DNA of 64,000 bases from positions 39,403 through 103,402 of the forward strand of contig JBBTCT010000006.1 in NCBI GenBank assembly GCA_038060895.1, written 5' to 3'. The notes below the pieces were generated by a model. That model had not been told where the DNA came from, did not search any database, and worked only from the letters and a program-made list of their open reading frames with translations. Of this stretch, positions 26,193-35,697 are shown in pieces. Each line of letters begins with the position of its first letter. Positions within the stretch are counted from its first letter, which is position 1. The position numbers and the translations under genes are program-made. Origin of the DNA: Planctomycetota bacterium. Its GTDB lineage: Bacteria; Planctomycetota; MHYJ01; WSZJ01.

Positions 26193-26992
26193 AGTGGGGC
26201 ACGGTCTACGCCACCGGCAGCGCGGGTGTCGAGTTCTACGATGCCTTCCACGAGCCGTCGCATGTCCCCGCCATGAAGGGCGACATTGCGTTCTACATCG
26301 GTTGCGCGCGCCGTTTCGGCGGGCCCGTGCTCGAACTCGCCGCGGGCACCGGCCGGGTGGCGCTTCCCATGGCCCAGGCCGGATTCGACGTGACGGGCAT
26401 CGACTTTTCGCCCGGGATGGTGAAGCGGGCGAAGGAAAAGGCGGCGAAGGCGGGGCTGAAGGGACCCATCCGCTTTCTCAAGGGGGACATGACGCGGTTC
26501 AACCTGCGCCGGAAGTTCGGGTTCATCTTCATCGCGTTCCGCTCCTTCCAGTCGATTCACACTCCCGCCGGGCAGCGTGCGTGCCTTTCGTGCATCCGCC
26601 GGCACCTGGCGCCGGGTGGCCGGCTGGCGGTGAATCTTTTCGACCCGAGGCTCGAGTACTGCCTTCCGGGCCGAAGCGAAGTCATCAGCCGGTACCGAAA
26701 AGCGGTGGATCGCGCGACGGGAAAGGTGTGCCGGCTGGAGGTTGAGGAGCGGAACAACGACGCGCTGCGGCAGATCCTGACGGAGAAGTGGCATTTCCAG
26801 GTTCGGGACCGGCGCGGAAAGCTGTTGCGGGAAGACGACCGGTGGCTCTCGATCCGGTGGACGTACCGGTGGGAGATGGCCCACCTGCTGGAACTGTGCG
26901 GGTTCGAAGTGGATGCGTGTTATGGAGATTTCATGAAGGGGCCGCCGCGGTACGGGGCGGAGCAAATTTGGGTGGCGAGGCCCGCGCTATGA
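26189..26992 (+). CDS. Class I SAM-dependent methyltransferase
   Basis: VLELAAGTGRV, GIDFSPGM, GDMTRF, RHLAPGG; ATGA overlap. Confidence 0.92.
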   Translation: MKWGTVYATGSAGVEFYDAFHEPSHVPAMKGDIAFYIGCARRFGGPVLELAAGTGRVALPMAQAGFDVTGIDFSPGMVKRAKEKAAKAGLKGPIRFLKGDMTRFNLRRKFGFIFIAFRSFQSIHTPAGQRACLSCIRRHLAPGGRLAVNLFDPRLEYCLPGRSEVISRYRKAVDRATGKVCRLEVEERNNDALRQILTEKWHFQVRDRRGKLLREDDRWLSIRWTYRWEMAHLLELCGFEVDACYGDFMKGPPRYGAEQIWVARPAL

Positions 26993-27159
26993 CGGGGCCC
27001 GGCACGGGTTGCCCGGCCGGGATTTCGGGCCTCTGAGAAGCGAGAAACTGTCCTCTTGAGCGTCTGAAATCAGGACGGTTGTCTCCATTCCAGGTGCCGC
27101 TCAACCCGCGTGTTTTATGCAACATATTGTCGCATAAGTACTTACAAAAAACACAAGAG

Positions 27160-27175
27160 TGGCACGAGGGTTGCT
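27160..27175 (+). promoter_or_regulatory. Sigma54 (-24/-12) promoter
   Basis: TGGCACGAGGGTTGCT matches TGGCACG-N4-TTGCW. An AT-rich IHF-like/palindromic tract lies at 27114..27145. Confidence 0.8.
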
Positions 27176-27229
27176 CTAATCCTACTCCGTCAGAATCAAA
27201 ACAAGACCGACCCAAACGGAGATAAGACC

Positions 27230-27538
27230 ATGAGAAGCCTCCTTTCACTCGTCACCCTGGCCGCGATCGTCCTCGGCGTCTATCACTTCTACGGCCAGTC
27301 GTTCAACCCGAAGCCGCTCGCCGACAAGCTCCAGAACGACCCGATCCTCAACCCGAATCACCCCGAGATCCAGGACAGCGCCCGCACGCTCAACTTCATC
27401 CAGCACGAGGCGGAGATGAAGCTGGCCGAAGCGAAGCGCCTGGCTGACGAGGCGCTCGCGCAGCCGGAAGCGGCGGCCAAGCGGGTGAAGGACGCCGTGA
27501 CGGCCGTTCGGTCGAAGCCCGCGAACAGCTCGAACTAG
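27230..27538 (+). CDS. Small exported/membrane-anchored protein (102 aa)
   Basis: SD ggag + ATG, N-terminal hydrophobic helix, downstream of the sigma54 promoter. Confidence 0.75.
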   Translation: MRSLLSLVTLAAIVLGVYHFYGQSFNPKPLADKLQNDPILNPNHPEIQDSARTLNFIQHEAEMKLAEAKRLADEALAQPEAAAKRVKDAVTAVRSKPANSSN

Positions 27539-27589
27539 GCCCGACCCGACTCGAATCCAGGCGCCGCGGGACAACCTGCGGCGCCTGTC

Positions 27590-28471
27590 TTATTGGGTGA
27601 GGAAGTGCATCAGAACGCCGCTGATCGCGCCGAGCACGCCGCCCCAGACCTCCAGCCAGCCGAGATGCTCGCTCGTCGCCCGCAGGACCAGCTCCTTGAT
27701 CTGCTTATCGGTGTACCCGTCCAGGTTGCCCTTCACGATCGTCTCGACGTCGATCCGCGCCAGCGTCGCCTCGAGCATCCCTTCAGCCATCGGGCGCAAC
27801 CGTTCCTCGAGCGCCTTCGCTTCCACGCTCCCCGCCGCAGGGACGCGTTCGGCGAGCTCGCGAATTCTCGCCTTGGCATCCGGGTCGCTCGGCAGATCCG
27901 TGAGAAACGCGTGCGCCGTGTCCACGATGGCATTGCCGACCGCGTCGGGATCGACCAGCGCGCGCGCGAAAAAGCCCTTCTCCCGGATTCCGTCCGCCAG
28001 GCGCCGCCGCAACTGTTCACGGACGCGCGGACTGCGGACCATCTCGCGCCCGCGGGACGAAACTTCCTCGAGAATCTTGCCTACCATCGTGTCGTCCGAT
28101 GAAGCGCGCCGCAGGCGGTCGCGCGCAACCTCCACCAGCGCGGCCACAAAGTCGCTCTTCAGCACCTGCTCCTTGAGCGCTCCCGGCTGCACCAGCTTGT
28201 TCGCGACCGAGTGCGAAATCGCGGCGATCAGCGCTTCGCGTTTGGCCGGGATGACCCCCGTGAACGGAATTGGGATGCCGAGGATCCTGAAGCGATCGAA
28301 GAGCATCCGGATGGCGACGGCGTTCGTGCCCCATCCGACGAAGGCTGCGCTGCCCACAAGGAACACCGCGCGCTTCCAGGGTTCCGGCAGGGCGAAGGAA
28401 ATCCCTGCCAGCGCGGCGCTTACGATGCCCGTCACAGGTCCCTTCCAGTCCGCTTTCCGGGTGTCGCTCAA
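27590..28471 (-). CDS. DUF445 family membrane protein
   Basis: VGWGTNAVAIRMLF, FTGVIPAKR, C-terminal HLGWLEVWGGVLGAISG. Confidence 0.88.
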   Translation of the reverse strand: MSDTRKADWKGPVTGIVSAALAGISFALPEPWKRAVFLVGSAAFVGWGTNAVAIRMLFDRFRILGIPIPFTGVIPAKREALIAAISHSVANKLVQPGALKEQVLKSDFVAALVEVARDRLRRASSDDTMVGKILEEVSSRGREMVRSPRVREQLRRRLADGIREKGFFARALVDPDAVGNAIVDTAHAFLTDLPSDPDAKARIRELAERVPAAGSVEAKALEERLRPMAEGMLEATLARIDVETIVKGNLDGYTDKQIKELVLRATSEHLGWLEVWGGVLGAISGVLMHFLTQ

Positions 28472-28712
28472 GGCCAGCCAAAAATATCAGAATTCGTCAA
28501 GAAACCGAAAATTTGTCGAATATGCCGGGGGCGCTTGAGCGTTAAAATACAGGAAGTACGGGAAGGCGAACGAGCCTTCCCCCCAACATTGAAAATCGGG
28601 CTGTGCAGGACCGGGAGTCTCACCCCCTCTCAATACCCCCAACGTTCCCTCCCAATTTGCCATCGCAGAGGCTTCCGGTCCGCCAGCTCCACGCCCCGTA
28701 TTTGCGGGGTTC

Positions 28713-28753
28713 AAAAGGCGGCGGCCCCCCCGGGCTGCCGCCACTTTTGTTTG
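28713..28753 (+). terminator. Intrinsic terminator upstream of dnaJ/cbpA
   Basis: ggcggcggccc-loop-gggctgccgcc followed by acttttgttt. Confidence 0.6.
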
Positions 28754-28843
28754 CCGCGGCCGATTTGACCGGTGGCATCGTTCGTACAAGAGGCGGGTGA
28801 CGCGCCTTCCATTTGCAGTCAAAATGGGATTCGAGGGGGAACC

Positions 28844-29794
28844 ATGGCCACGAAACGCGATTACTACGAAGTCCTCGGCGTCGCCAAAACCGCGACCGAC
28901 GACGACATCAAGAAGGCGTTCCGCAAGCTGGCGCGGCGCTACCACCCGGACGTCAATCCCGGGGACAAGACCGCTGAAACCAAGTTCAAGGAGATTGCCG
29001 AGGCTTACGAGGTGCTCTCCGACAAGAAGAAGCGGGAAACCTACGACCGCTTCGGCCATGCCGCCCCGCAAGCGAGCGGCCCCGGCGGCTTCCCGGGAGG
29101 GTTTCCCGGCGGCGGACAGCCGTTTGAGTACCGCTTCGACGGCGACCCCTCCCAGTTCTCGTCCTTCGAGGACCTTTTCTCCGGCCTCTTCGGCGGCGGC
29201 GGCCGCCGGCGTCGCGGCGGCTCGCCGTTCGGGACGGCCATCGCGGAGGACGGCGAGGACATCCTGGCCGAGATGGAAATCGATTTCATGGAAGCGCTTC
29301 GCGGCGTCGTGAAAGTGCTGACGCTCGAGTCGTCGAGCGGGCGCGAGACGGTGAAAGTGAAGGTCCCGGCGGGAATTGGCGATGGCCAGAAGATCCGGCT
29401 GGCGGGGAAGGGGCATCCCGGGACTTCGGGAGGGGAGCCCGGCGACCTCTATATCAAGCTGAGCGTGAGGCCGCACCCGGTGCTCGGGCGGGACGGCGCG
29501 AATCTGACGATGGACGTGCCCGTGACCGTCGGCGAAGCGATCAACGGTGCGGCCATCGACGTTCCGACTCCGTGGGGGGACGTGAAGCTGAAAGTCCCGG
29601 CGGGCGTCAAAACCGGCCAGTCGCTGCGGCTGCGCGGCATGGGTGCGCCGATTCCCGGCCAGGACGTGAAGGGCGACATGCACGTGAAACTGAAGATCGT
29701 GCTCCCGGAGAATGCGACACCGGAGGCGAAAGCCGCCGCGCAGGTCATCGACAAGGCGTACAGCGGATCCGTGCGCTCCGGGTTGAAGTTCTAG
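28844..29794 (+). CDS. DnaJ-class co-chaperone without Zn finger (CbpA-like)
   Basis: [13 protein letters not shown] motif, G/F-rich linker, DnaJ_C domain (VKVPAG, GDLY). Confidence 0.95.
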   Translation: MATKRDYYEVLGVAKTATDDDIKKAFRKLARRYHPDVNPGDKTAETKFKEIAEAYEVLSDKKKRETYDRFGHAAPQASGPGGFPGGFPGGGQPFEYRFDGDPSQFSSFEDLFSGLFGGGGRRRRGGSPFGTAIAEDGEDILAEMEIDFMEALRGVVKVLTLESSSGRETVKVKVPAGIGDGQKIRLAGKGHPGTSGGEPGDLYIKLSVRPHPVLGRDGANLTMDVPVTVGEAINGAAIDVPTPWGDVKLKVPAGVKTGQSLRLRGMGAPIPGQDVKGDMHVKLKIVLPENATPEAKAAAQVIDKAYSGSVRSGLKF

Positions 29795-29896
29795 GCCGCC
29801 CCGCGAAGCCGCGTCTCTGCAGGGCCTGCCGGCCAGAAATTGAGAGAAGCGCCGGAGCGATCGCCCCGGCGCCTCTCGCCTCTCTGACTTGACACT

Positions 29897-29927
29897 GCTC
29901 AATCCTCAACACTCAAGACTCTCAACT
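29897..29927 (+). repeat. Degenerate heptamer array (CTCAAnn), single arm
   Basis: ctcaatc ctcaaca ctcaaga ctctcaact, abutting the flotillin stop codon. Confidence 0.55.
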
Positions 29928-31485
29928 AGGCCTTCTTCGCCGGATCCACCGGCTTCGCGTCAACAACCTTGGCCTGACCGCTCAGTCCGGGCACCCGCTT
30001 GATCAGTTCCTTCAGGTCCACGCCCGACAGGCTTTCGATCAGCGGCGGAAGCTGTGCGACGACGTTGATGACGTCCTGCGTCACCTTGCTCGCGCCCAGC
30101 CCGTCGCCTCCCGTCGAGATGATCGTGATCTTGTCGGTCTTGCTGAGCGGCTCGGCTACCGCGCGGACGACCTCGGGGAGCTTCTCGATCAGCATCTGCA
30201 TCACGGCCGCCTCGTTGTACTTCGACCAGGCCTCGGCCTTGCGCTGCATGGCCTGCGCTTCGGCTTCGCCTTTCGCCTTGATGACCTCGGCTTCCGCAAG
30301 ACCCTTGGCGCGTTCGACCTCGGCCAGGGCAAGACCCGTCGCCTTCTGGACTTCCGCCGCCGCGAGACCTTTCGCCTTCTCCGCGTCGGCCATGCCGAAC
30401 CCCAGGCTCTTCTGGGCCTCGGCCTGTCCTTTTGCCTCCGTCATCAGCTTGTACTGCGTGCCTTCGGCGATCGTGCGGATCCGGTACTGCTCGGCGTCCG
30501 CGGGCTTGCGGATCGTCGCTTCCAGCTCCTTCTCCCGCCTCGCGATTTCCTTGCCTTGCAGGTCGATCATCCGCTCCTTCTCGACGAGCATGACCTGCAG
30601 CTCCTGCTCCTTCACGAGCTGCGCGGTCTTGAACTTCTGAAGGTCGTACGCCAGGTCGCTTTCGGCTTTCTTCTGGTTCACGGCCGCGGCGAAGTCGGCC
30701 TGCTTCATCTGCAGGTCGCGCTGCGCCTCGCTGATCTTCGCGTCCGCTCCCAGCTTGACCTCCGCCCCGGCCTGGTTGGCGAGCGCCGACTTCTGCGTCG
30801 CCTCGCTGTCCGCCTGCGACTGCGCGATGATCGCGTCACGACGGACCTGCGCGATCCGCGGCTTGCCCAGGGCCTCGAGGTACCCCTGGTTGTCACGGAT
30901 GTCCCGCAGCGTGAAGCTGATGATCTCCAGGCCCATGAGCAGCAGGTCCGTCGCCGCCACCTGCTGCACTTCCTGCGCGAACTTGTCCCGGTTCTTGTAG
31001 ATCTCTTCGACCGTCAACGTGCCGACGATCGCCCGCAAGTGCCCTTCCAGCGTCTGAAGCGCAACCTCCATCATCTCCGCCCGCGTCTTCGACAGAAACT
31101 GCTCCGCCGCCGTCGCGATCGAGGTCTCGTCGCTCTTCACCTTCACCTGCGCCACGCCGTCCACCATCACGGGCACGCCCGTCGAGGTGTAGATTTCCGG
31201 CGTCTTCACGTCGATCGTCATCATTTCCAGCGAAATCCGCTGCGCCTCTTCGAACACAGGCCACACGAACGTCGCGCCGCCCTTCACGATCCGGAACCCG
31301 ATCGAGCGCGCTCCCTGCGCCGTCTGCATCGTCCGCTGGCGGCCCGAGATGATGAGCGCTTCGTTCGGCCCCACCTTCACGTACCGGCTCGCGAAGATCG
31401 CGAACCCCAGGAAAAAGACGACGACAAGCACCCCGCCCGCGATGAGGGCGTTGGGTGGAAGAGCTGCCAGCAACTGGATGGTCAT
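29926..31485 (-). CDS. Flotillin-like SPFH domain protein (FloT/YuaG-like)
   Basis: TM, VGPNEALIISG, LEGHLRAIVGTLTVEEIY, YLEALGKPRIAQV, AEA-rich coiled coil. Confidence 0.95.
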   Translation of the reverse strand: MTIQLLAALPPNALIAGGVLVVVFFLGFAIFASRYVKVGPNEALIISGRQRTMQTAQGARSIGFRIVKGGATFVWPVFEEAQRISLEMMTIDVKTPEIYTSTGVPVMVDGVAQVKVKSDETSIATAAEQFLSKTRAEMMEVALQTLEGHLRAIVGTLTVEEIYKNRDKFAQEVQQVAATDLLLMGLEIISFTLRDIRDNQGYLEALGKPRIAQVRRDAIIAQSQADSEATQKSALANQAGAEVKLGADAKISEAQRDLQMKQADFAAAVNQKKAESDLAYDLQKFKTAQLVKEQELQVMLVEKERMIDLQGKEIARREKELEATIRKPADAEQYRIRTIAEGTQYKLMTEAKGQAEAQKSLGFGMADAEKAKGLAAAEVQKATGLALAEVERAKGLAEAEVIKAKGEAEAQAMQRKAEAWSKYNEAAVMQMLIEKLPEVVRAVAEPLSKTDKITIISTGGDGLGASKVTQDVINVVAQLPPLIESLSGVDLKELIKRVPGLSGQAKVVDAKPVDPAKKA

Positions 31486-31545
31486 GTCATTCCCTCCGAT
31501 TGTGCGCCGTAGTTTTTGAGAAGCGCGCCCTGAGCCGCGCTTCGT

Positions 31546-32115
31546 TTATTTGGCGACGACGATGAAGACCTGCCCGTCCCGTTCGCGGATGACGACGGTC
31601 GTGCCCTGCGGGATTTCGGAGCCGGACATCGCCCTGGCCGGGGCCGAGAAGCGGCTCCCGGCGACTTCGTAGGAGATCTTCCCGGTACCACCGGCAGGAA
31701 TCGTGATCGCGATCTGCGCCTCGATCCCGAGGATTTCGCTTTCGCGCGCGTGGCTCGTGGCGATGGTCTTCTTGAAGATGAACGCCATGGCCGAAGCGAT
31801 CAGGGCGGCGAAGACGACGCCGCTGACGGCCGCGATGGCGAGGCTGAACGCCGGGTGGCGGTCCTTGAGGACTTCCTGCCCGATCATCCCGCCGGCACCG
31901 AACGCGGTGAGAAAGATGGCGATGGCGATGGGGGAGAAGAGCGGGAAATGGAGGGAGTGGTCGCCGGAGTCGTGGCCGCCATCGCCACCGTGGCCCGTGT
32001 CGTGGCCGCCGTCGTGTCCTCCTCCGACGTGGCCGAGGAAGAACGCGATCACGGTGTAGCCCGTGCCGACGGTGAGGCTGAAAGTGTAAGCCCAGCTCAG
32101 CCAGGACCAGTTCAT
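31546..32115 (-). CDS. NfeD-like membrane protein (YuaF-like)
   Basis: Three TMs, His/Gly/Asp loop, C-terminal OB fold (IPAGGTGKI...IPQGTTVVI), directly upstream of flotillin. Confidence 0.88.
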   Translation of the reverse strand: MNWSWLSWAYTFSLTVGTGYTVIAFFLGHVGGGHDGGHDTGHGGDGGHDSGDHSLHFPLFSPIAIAIFLTAFGAGGMIGQEVLKDRHPAFSLAIAAVSGVVFAALIASAMAFIFKKTIATSHARESEILGIEAQIAITIPAGGTGKISYEVAGSRFSAPARAMSGSEIPQGTTVVIRERDGQVFIVVAK

Positions 32116-32140
32116 GATCACCCCTTTCACCCCGTCAAGG

Positions 32141-32182
32141 CCCCGCCGAGGCGCGAAGCGCGCTGGCGCGGGCGAAGGCAGG
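32141..32182 (-). repeat. REP-like family 2, degenerate copy
   Basis: The minus strand reads cctgccttcgcc...gcgcttcgcgc..ctcggcgggg, similar to cccgccttcgcc...ggcttcggcggg. Confidence 0.5.
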
Positions 32183-33037
32183 AGGACTTCACAACCTCAA
32201 TTCGCGTGCCGACGCGGGAAGCGAGGGAGAGGGGTCATTGAAGCGTGGGGCGTTTGGGGCTGCACGCATTGCGTGATGCCCTGCACGTCATCGGCGGAAG
32301 CGCCGGAACGGCGATCGGGAGGGAATGTTCCCGGAAGGGCTGCGCACGGCGCGGATGATCCAGACGACGAGGACGATCGCGCCCAGGATGGCGAGCTCGG
32401 CGGGGGAAGAGCGGCGATGACTGCGGAAGAGGCGGGCGGGAGGAACGGCGGCGAACGAAGTGAACGTCTCGATGAGTCGAGCCTCCTGAAAGGGGCGGGG
32501 CGCGCTCACGTGAAGCGCGCCCCGCGGAAAACCTCGAGGGCCGGGGGAGCGAGACTGGGGGGAGTCGCGCTCGGGTAATGGGGAGGGGTGAACCCCGGCC
32601 CCCCCAAAGATGCGGTTGTCAAACGGCGGATGGAGAAATCGCAATTTTGGTGCCGCGCGCGATCGGCCCTTTGCGCGCGTCTCGCAGGGCAGGCGCGTGC
32701 ACGACGGGCCGCCTGGCGTGCACGGCGGCACGCCTATCCGAGGGAGCTCAGGACAATGAACAGGAAGTCCGGGAGGCCGCTGGCGAGCTGGCCGAAGACG
32801 ACAAGGCAGTTCCCGACCGCCGACAGAGCGGGGTGGACCGGACCCCCGGATTTCGGCGCGCCCACCGGAAGCTCGACCAGCCCGAGTTCGTCCTCGTGCG
32901 GCTCCAGGGGGCTTCGGCGGGCTTCGCCCGCCCCCCGTACATTCCCGCCCTTGCTCCGTACCATTCCGCGCGAATCTGCGGCGCCCGGGCGGTGTTATAG
33001 TTGCGCTTCTCCCAGGGGGACCCGGAGACTCTTCAAC

Positions 33038-34519
33038 ATGACCTGCCGCACGCGGCTTCTGGCTGCGATCGCCCTTGCCGTCGCCCTCCCCGCCCCTGCG
33101 CTCGAATTCACTTCCCAGGAAGAAATCGACGCGGTGCTGGCGCAGGACCTCAATGGCGACGGGAAGAAGGAGCTGATTTGGCAGGCGGGGCGGACGCTCA
33201 CGATCCTGTTCTACAAGGAGCCGCGCGGTTATTCGTTCAGGGAGGAGACCAAGGCCGAGTTCCAGCTTCCTCCCGGCGCCGCGGCGTATGCTTTTGGCGA
33301 CGTGGACGGCAAGCCGGGCGCCGAACTTCTCGCGTTGACCGGCGCGGGCGTCCTCGCGTGGCGCTTCCAGGGAAACCAGGTCGTCGAGCCCTCGCTCGAA
33401 CCGCTGGCGGTTGCGACCGCCTTCGAAGGCACGACCCTGGACAAGCCGCGGCCGCGCGACTTCGTGCGGGACCTGGACGGCGACGGCGACCTCGACCTGA
33501 TCGTGCCGCGCAAGGGCTTCCTCGCCTTCTACGCGCAGGCCGCGCCGGGAGAATTCGAACTGTCACAGAAGGTGCCGGTGGACATGGAAGCGACGATCGC
33601 GATGGGCGGCGGCGCGTTCGAGAATCGCCTGGTGCGCGCGGTGTCGTTCCCGCAGTTCTGGCTTTCGGACTTTGACGCGGACGGGAAGTCCGATCTCATG
33701 TATTTCGACGGCGCCATGCTCCGTGTGCACGGCCGCAACGCGGAAGGACTGTTCTCGTCGGCACCGACGCGGGCGTTCGATTTCAACAGGTTCGTGAAAC
33801 GGCGCCGGAAGCGGCGCGACCTGTTCGATTTTTACCGGGAAGTTTCCCCGGAGATTGCGGATGTGGACGGCGACAAGCGGGCGGACGTGGCGATCATGCT
33901 TCCAGGAAAGGGAAAAGTCGGCGTGTTCCGCGCCGCGGGGGCAAAGCCTTACACCGAAGGATCGGTCGTCGTGCTGACCGGATGGACTTTCCGGCGCGAA
34001 GGGATCCCGATGATGCGCGACCTGAACCGGGACGGGCGGCCGGATCTCGTGCTGCTCAACATCCCCCAGCTCGGCTTCTGGGACATCCTCGAAATCTTTT
34101 TCTCGAGGAAGCTCGAGGTAAAGACGTACTTCTACCTCGCCCGTGCCGACGGGACCTACCCGGAGGCCGATGGCGAATTCGCCGTCACGGTCCCGCTCAT
34201 CCTCTCCGTCACCCGCGAATCGCAGCGCATCGAGACTCCCTTCATGATGTCCTTCGGCGACCTCAACGGCGATGGTCTCGACGACCTGATCACGAAAGAG
34301 AAGGACGACCGCCTCGACGTGAGGCTCGGGACAGGCGGGGGCGTTTTCAGCAAGGGCGTCGATCGTTCGATCGAGGTTCGCGATACACGGGGCATGGCCG
34401 CCGAGGCGCCGCTCGTGACGGACCTCAATGGCGATGGCCTTGACGACATCGTTCTCCACCACCAGGATTTCGAGCAGAAGATCTACGTGCTCGAAGTCAT
34501 TCGGACGAAAAAGGAATGA
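33038..34519 (+). CDS. Secreted FG-GAP/VCBS repeat beta-propeller protein
   Basis: Signal peptide; repeated DLNGDG, DVDG, DLDGDGDLDLI, DFDADGKSDL motifs. Confidence 0.9.
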   Translation: MTCRTRLLAAIALAVALPAPALEFTSQEEIDAVLAQDLNGDGKKELIWQAGRTLTILFYKEPRGYSFREETKAEFQLPPGAAAYAFGDVDGKPGAELLALTGAGVLAWRFQGNQVVEPSLEPLAVATAFEGTTLDKPRPRDFVRDLDGDGDLDLIVPRKGFLAFYAQAAPGEFELSQKVPVDMEATIAMGGGAFENRLVRAVSFPQFWLSDFDADGKSDLMYFDGAMLRVHGRNAEGLFSSAPTRAFDFNRFVKRRRKRRDLFDFYREVSPEIADVDGDKRADVAIMLPGKGKVGVFRAAGAKPYTEGSVVVLTGWTFRREGIPMMRDLNRDGRPDLVLLNIPQLGFWDILEIFFSRKLEVKTYFYLARADGTYPEADGEFAVTVPLILSVTRESQRIETPFMMSFGDLNGDGLDDLITKEKDDRLDVRLGTGGGVFSKGVDRSIEVRDTRGMAAEAPLVTDLNGDGLDDIVLHHQDFEQKIYVLEVIRTKKE

Positions 34520-35523
34520 CCCGCTTCCGCCTCTTTCATGCCGCGGCCCTGGCGGCGGGCGTCGTGGCGGTTCTCGTTTCGCGGCCCCGGGTGGCCACGC
34601 CGGAAGGACCGCCGGTCAGTGTTCCCTCCGTGCTGAACGGCTGTCAGCTCTGCCATGCGGAGTACGTGAAGGAGTGGGCGGACTCGTACCACGGCAAGTC
34701 GTGGACGGACGAGATGTACATCGCGGCGAAAAACGCGACGCCGAAGGACAAGCAGGCCACCTGCAACCCCTGCCACGCGCCCAATCCCACGCAGGGTGCC
34801 CTCGGGAAGCCGCCGACGCTCCGCTCGAAGAACCAGCACGAGGGCGTCGCGTGCATCGCGTGCCACCAGATTCCCTCCGGCAAGCCCGACGACATCGGGA
34901 CCATCGTCGGGCCCCTTCCGGCCGACCAGATGATCAAGGGCCACCTCAACAAGCAGGACAAGACGATGGGAACGGACCCGCGCATCTGCATCTCCTGCCA
35001 CGGGACTGACAAGGATCACAACCAGTACGACTCGTGGAAGGGAAGCGTGTACGAGAAGGAGGGGGAGAGTTGCCAGTCGTGTCACATGCCCGAGGTTCGA
35101 CGCGCGATCTACGACAAGAAGGGGGCGCTTCCCAAGGACGCGCACAAGCACACGATGCCGGGCGCGCACGATCTCGTGATGGTGAAGAAGGCGGCGCTCG
35201 TGGACGCCTCGGTCGCCGGCGGGAAAGTGAAGGTGACCATCACGAACGACGGCGCGGGGCACAACTTCCCCGGCGGAGGCGAGCGCGAGGTCGTGCTGGT
35301 CGTGACGGTGATCGGCGCCGACGGGAAAGAAGCGGCGAAGTACCGCGAGATCTTCGACCTGAGGACGAAGAACAACCGGATCAAGCCCAAGGAAGCGCGT
35401 GTGCTGGAGTTCGAAGCGAAGGCGTCGGCGGGGACGGTGAAATTGAAGCTGCTGTACAAGCTGGCGCCGGAGCAGGACGAGGCGAAGGCGGTGGTGGCTG
35501 CGGAGAAGGACGTGAAGTTCTAA
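34516..35523 (+). CDS. Pentaheme c-type cytochrome (c554/c552-like) with C-terminal Ig-like domain
   Basis: Five CxxCH motifs (CQLCH, CNPCH, CIACH, CISCH, CQSCH); NDGAGHNFPGG. Confidence 0.92.
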   Translation: MTRFRLFHAAALAAGVVAVLVSRPRVATPEGPPVSVPSVLNGCQLCHAEYVKEWADSYHGKSWTDEMYIAAKNATPKDKQATCNPCHAPNPTQGALGKPPTLRSKNQHEGVACIACHQIPSGKPDDIGTIVGPLPADQMIKGHLNKQDKTMGTDPRICISCHGTDKDHNQYDSWKGSVYEKEGESCQSCHMPEVRRAIYDKKGALPKDAHKHTMPGAHDLVMVKKAALVDASVAGGKVKVTITNDGAGHNFPGGGEREVVLVVTVIGADGKEAAKYREIFDLRTKNNRIKPKEARVLEFEAKASAGTVKLKLLYKLAPEQDEAKAVVAAEKDVKF

Positions 35524-35541
35524 GGGCGGTGTTCAACGGCG

Positions 35542-35654
35542 TTGCCACAGAGGGCACAGAGGGCACAGAGAAAAACGAATCTACCTGCGGCACAATGTGC
35601 GGCTGATTTTGCCCGAGTCCTTTTTCTCCGTGACCTCTGTGCCCTCTGTGGCAA
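35542..35654. repeat. MITE-like inverted repeat built from 9-mers (CACAGAGGG)
   Basis: 34-bp arms at 35542..35575 and 35621..35654 with 2 mismatches and a 45-nt spacer. Confidence 0.9.
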
Positions 35655-35697
35655 AGCCTTTAAGCCGTCGTCGATACGCTGCCCGCAACTTTCAGGA

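Noticed and set aside
32288-32964. Small minus-strand ORFs (32288..~32510 with one hydrophobic stretch; 32734..32964)
   Set aside because: No recognisable motif or clear start signal. They may be real small proteins but I cannot support them.
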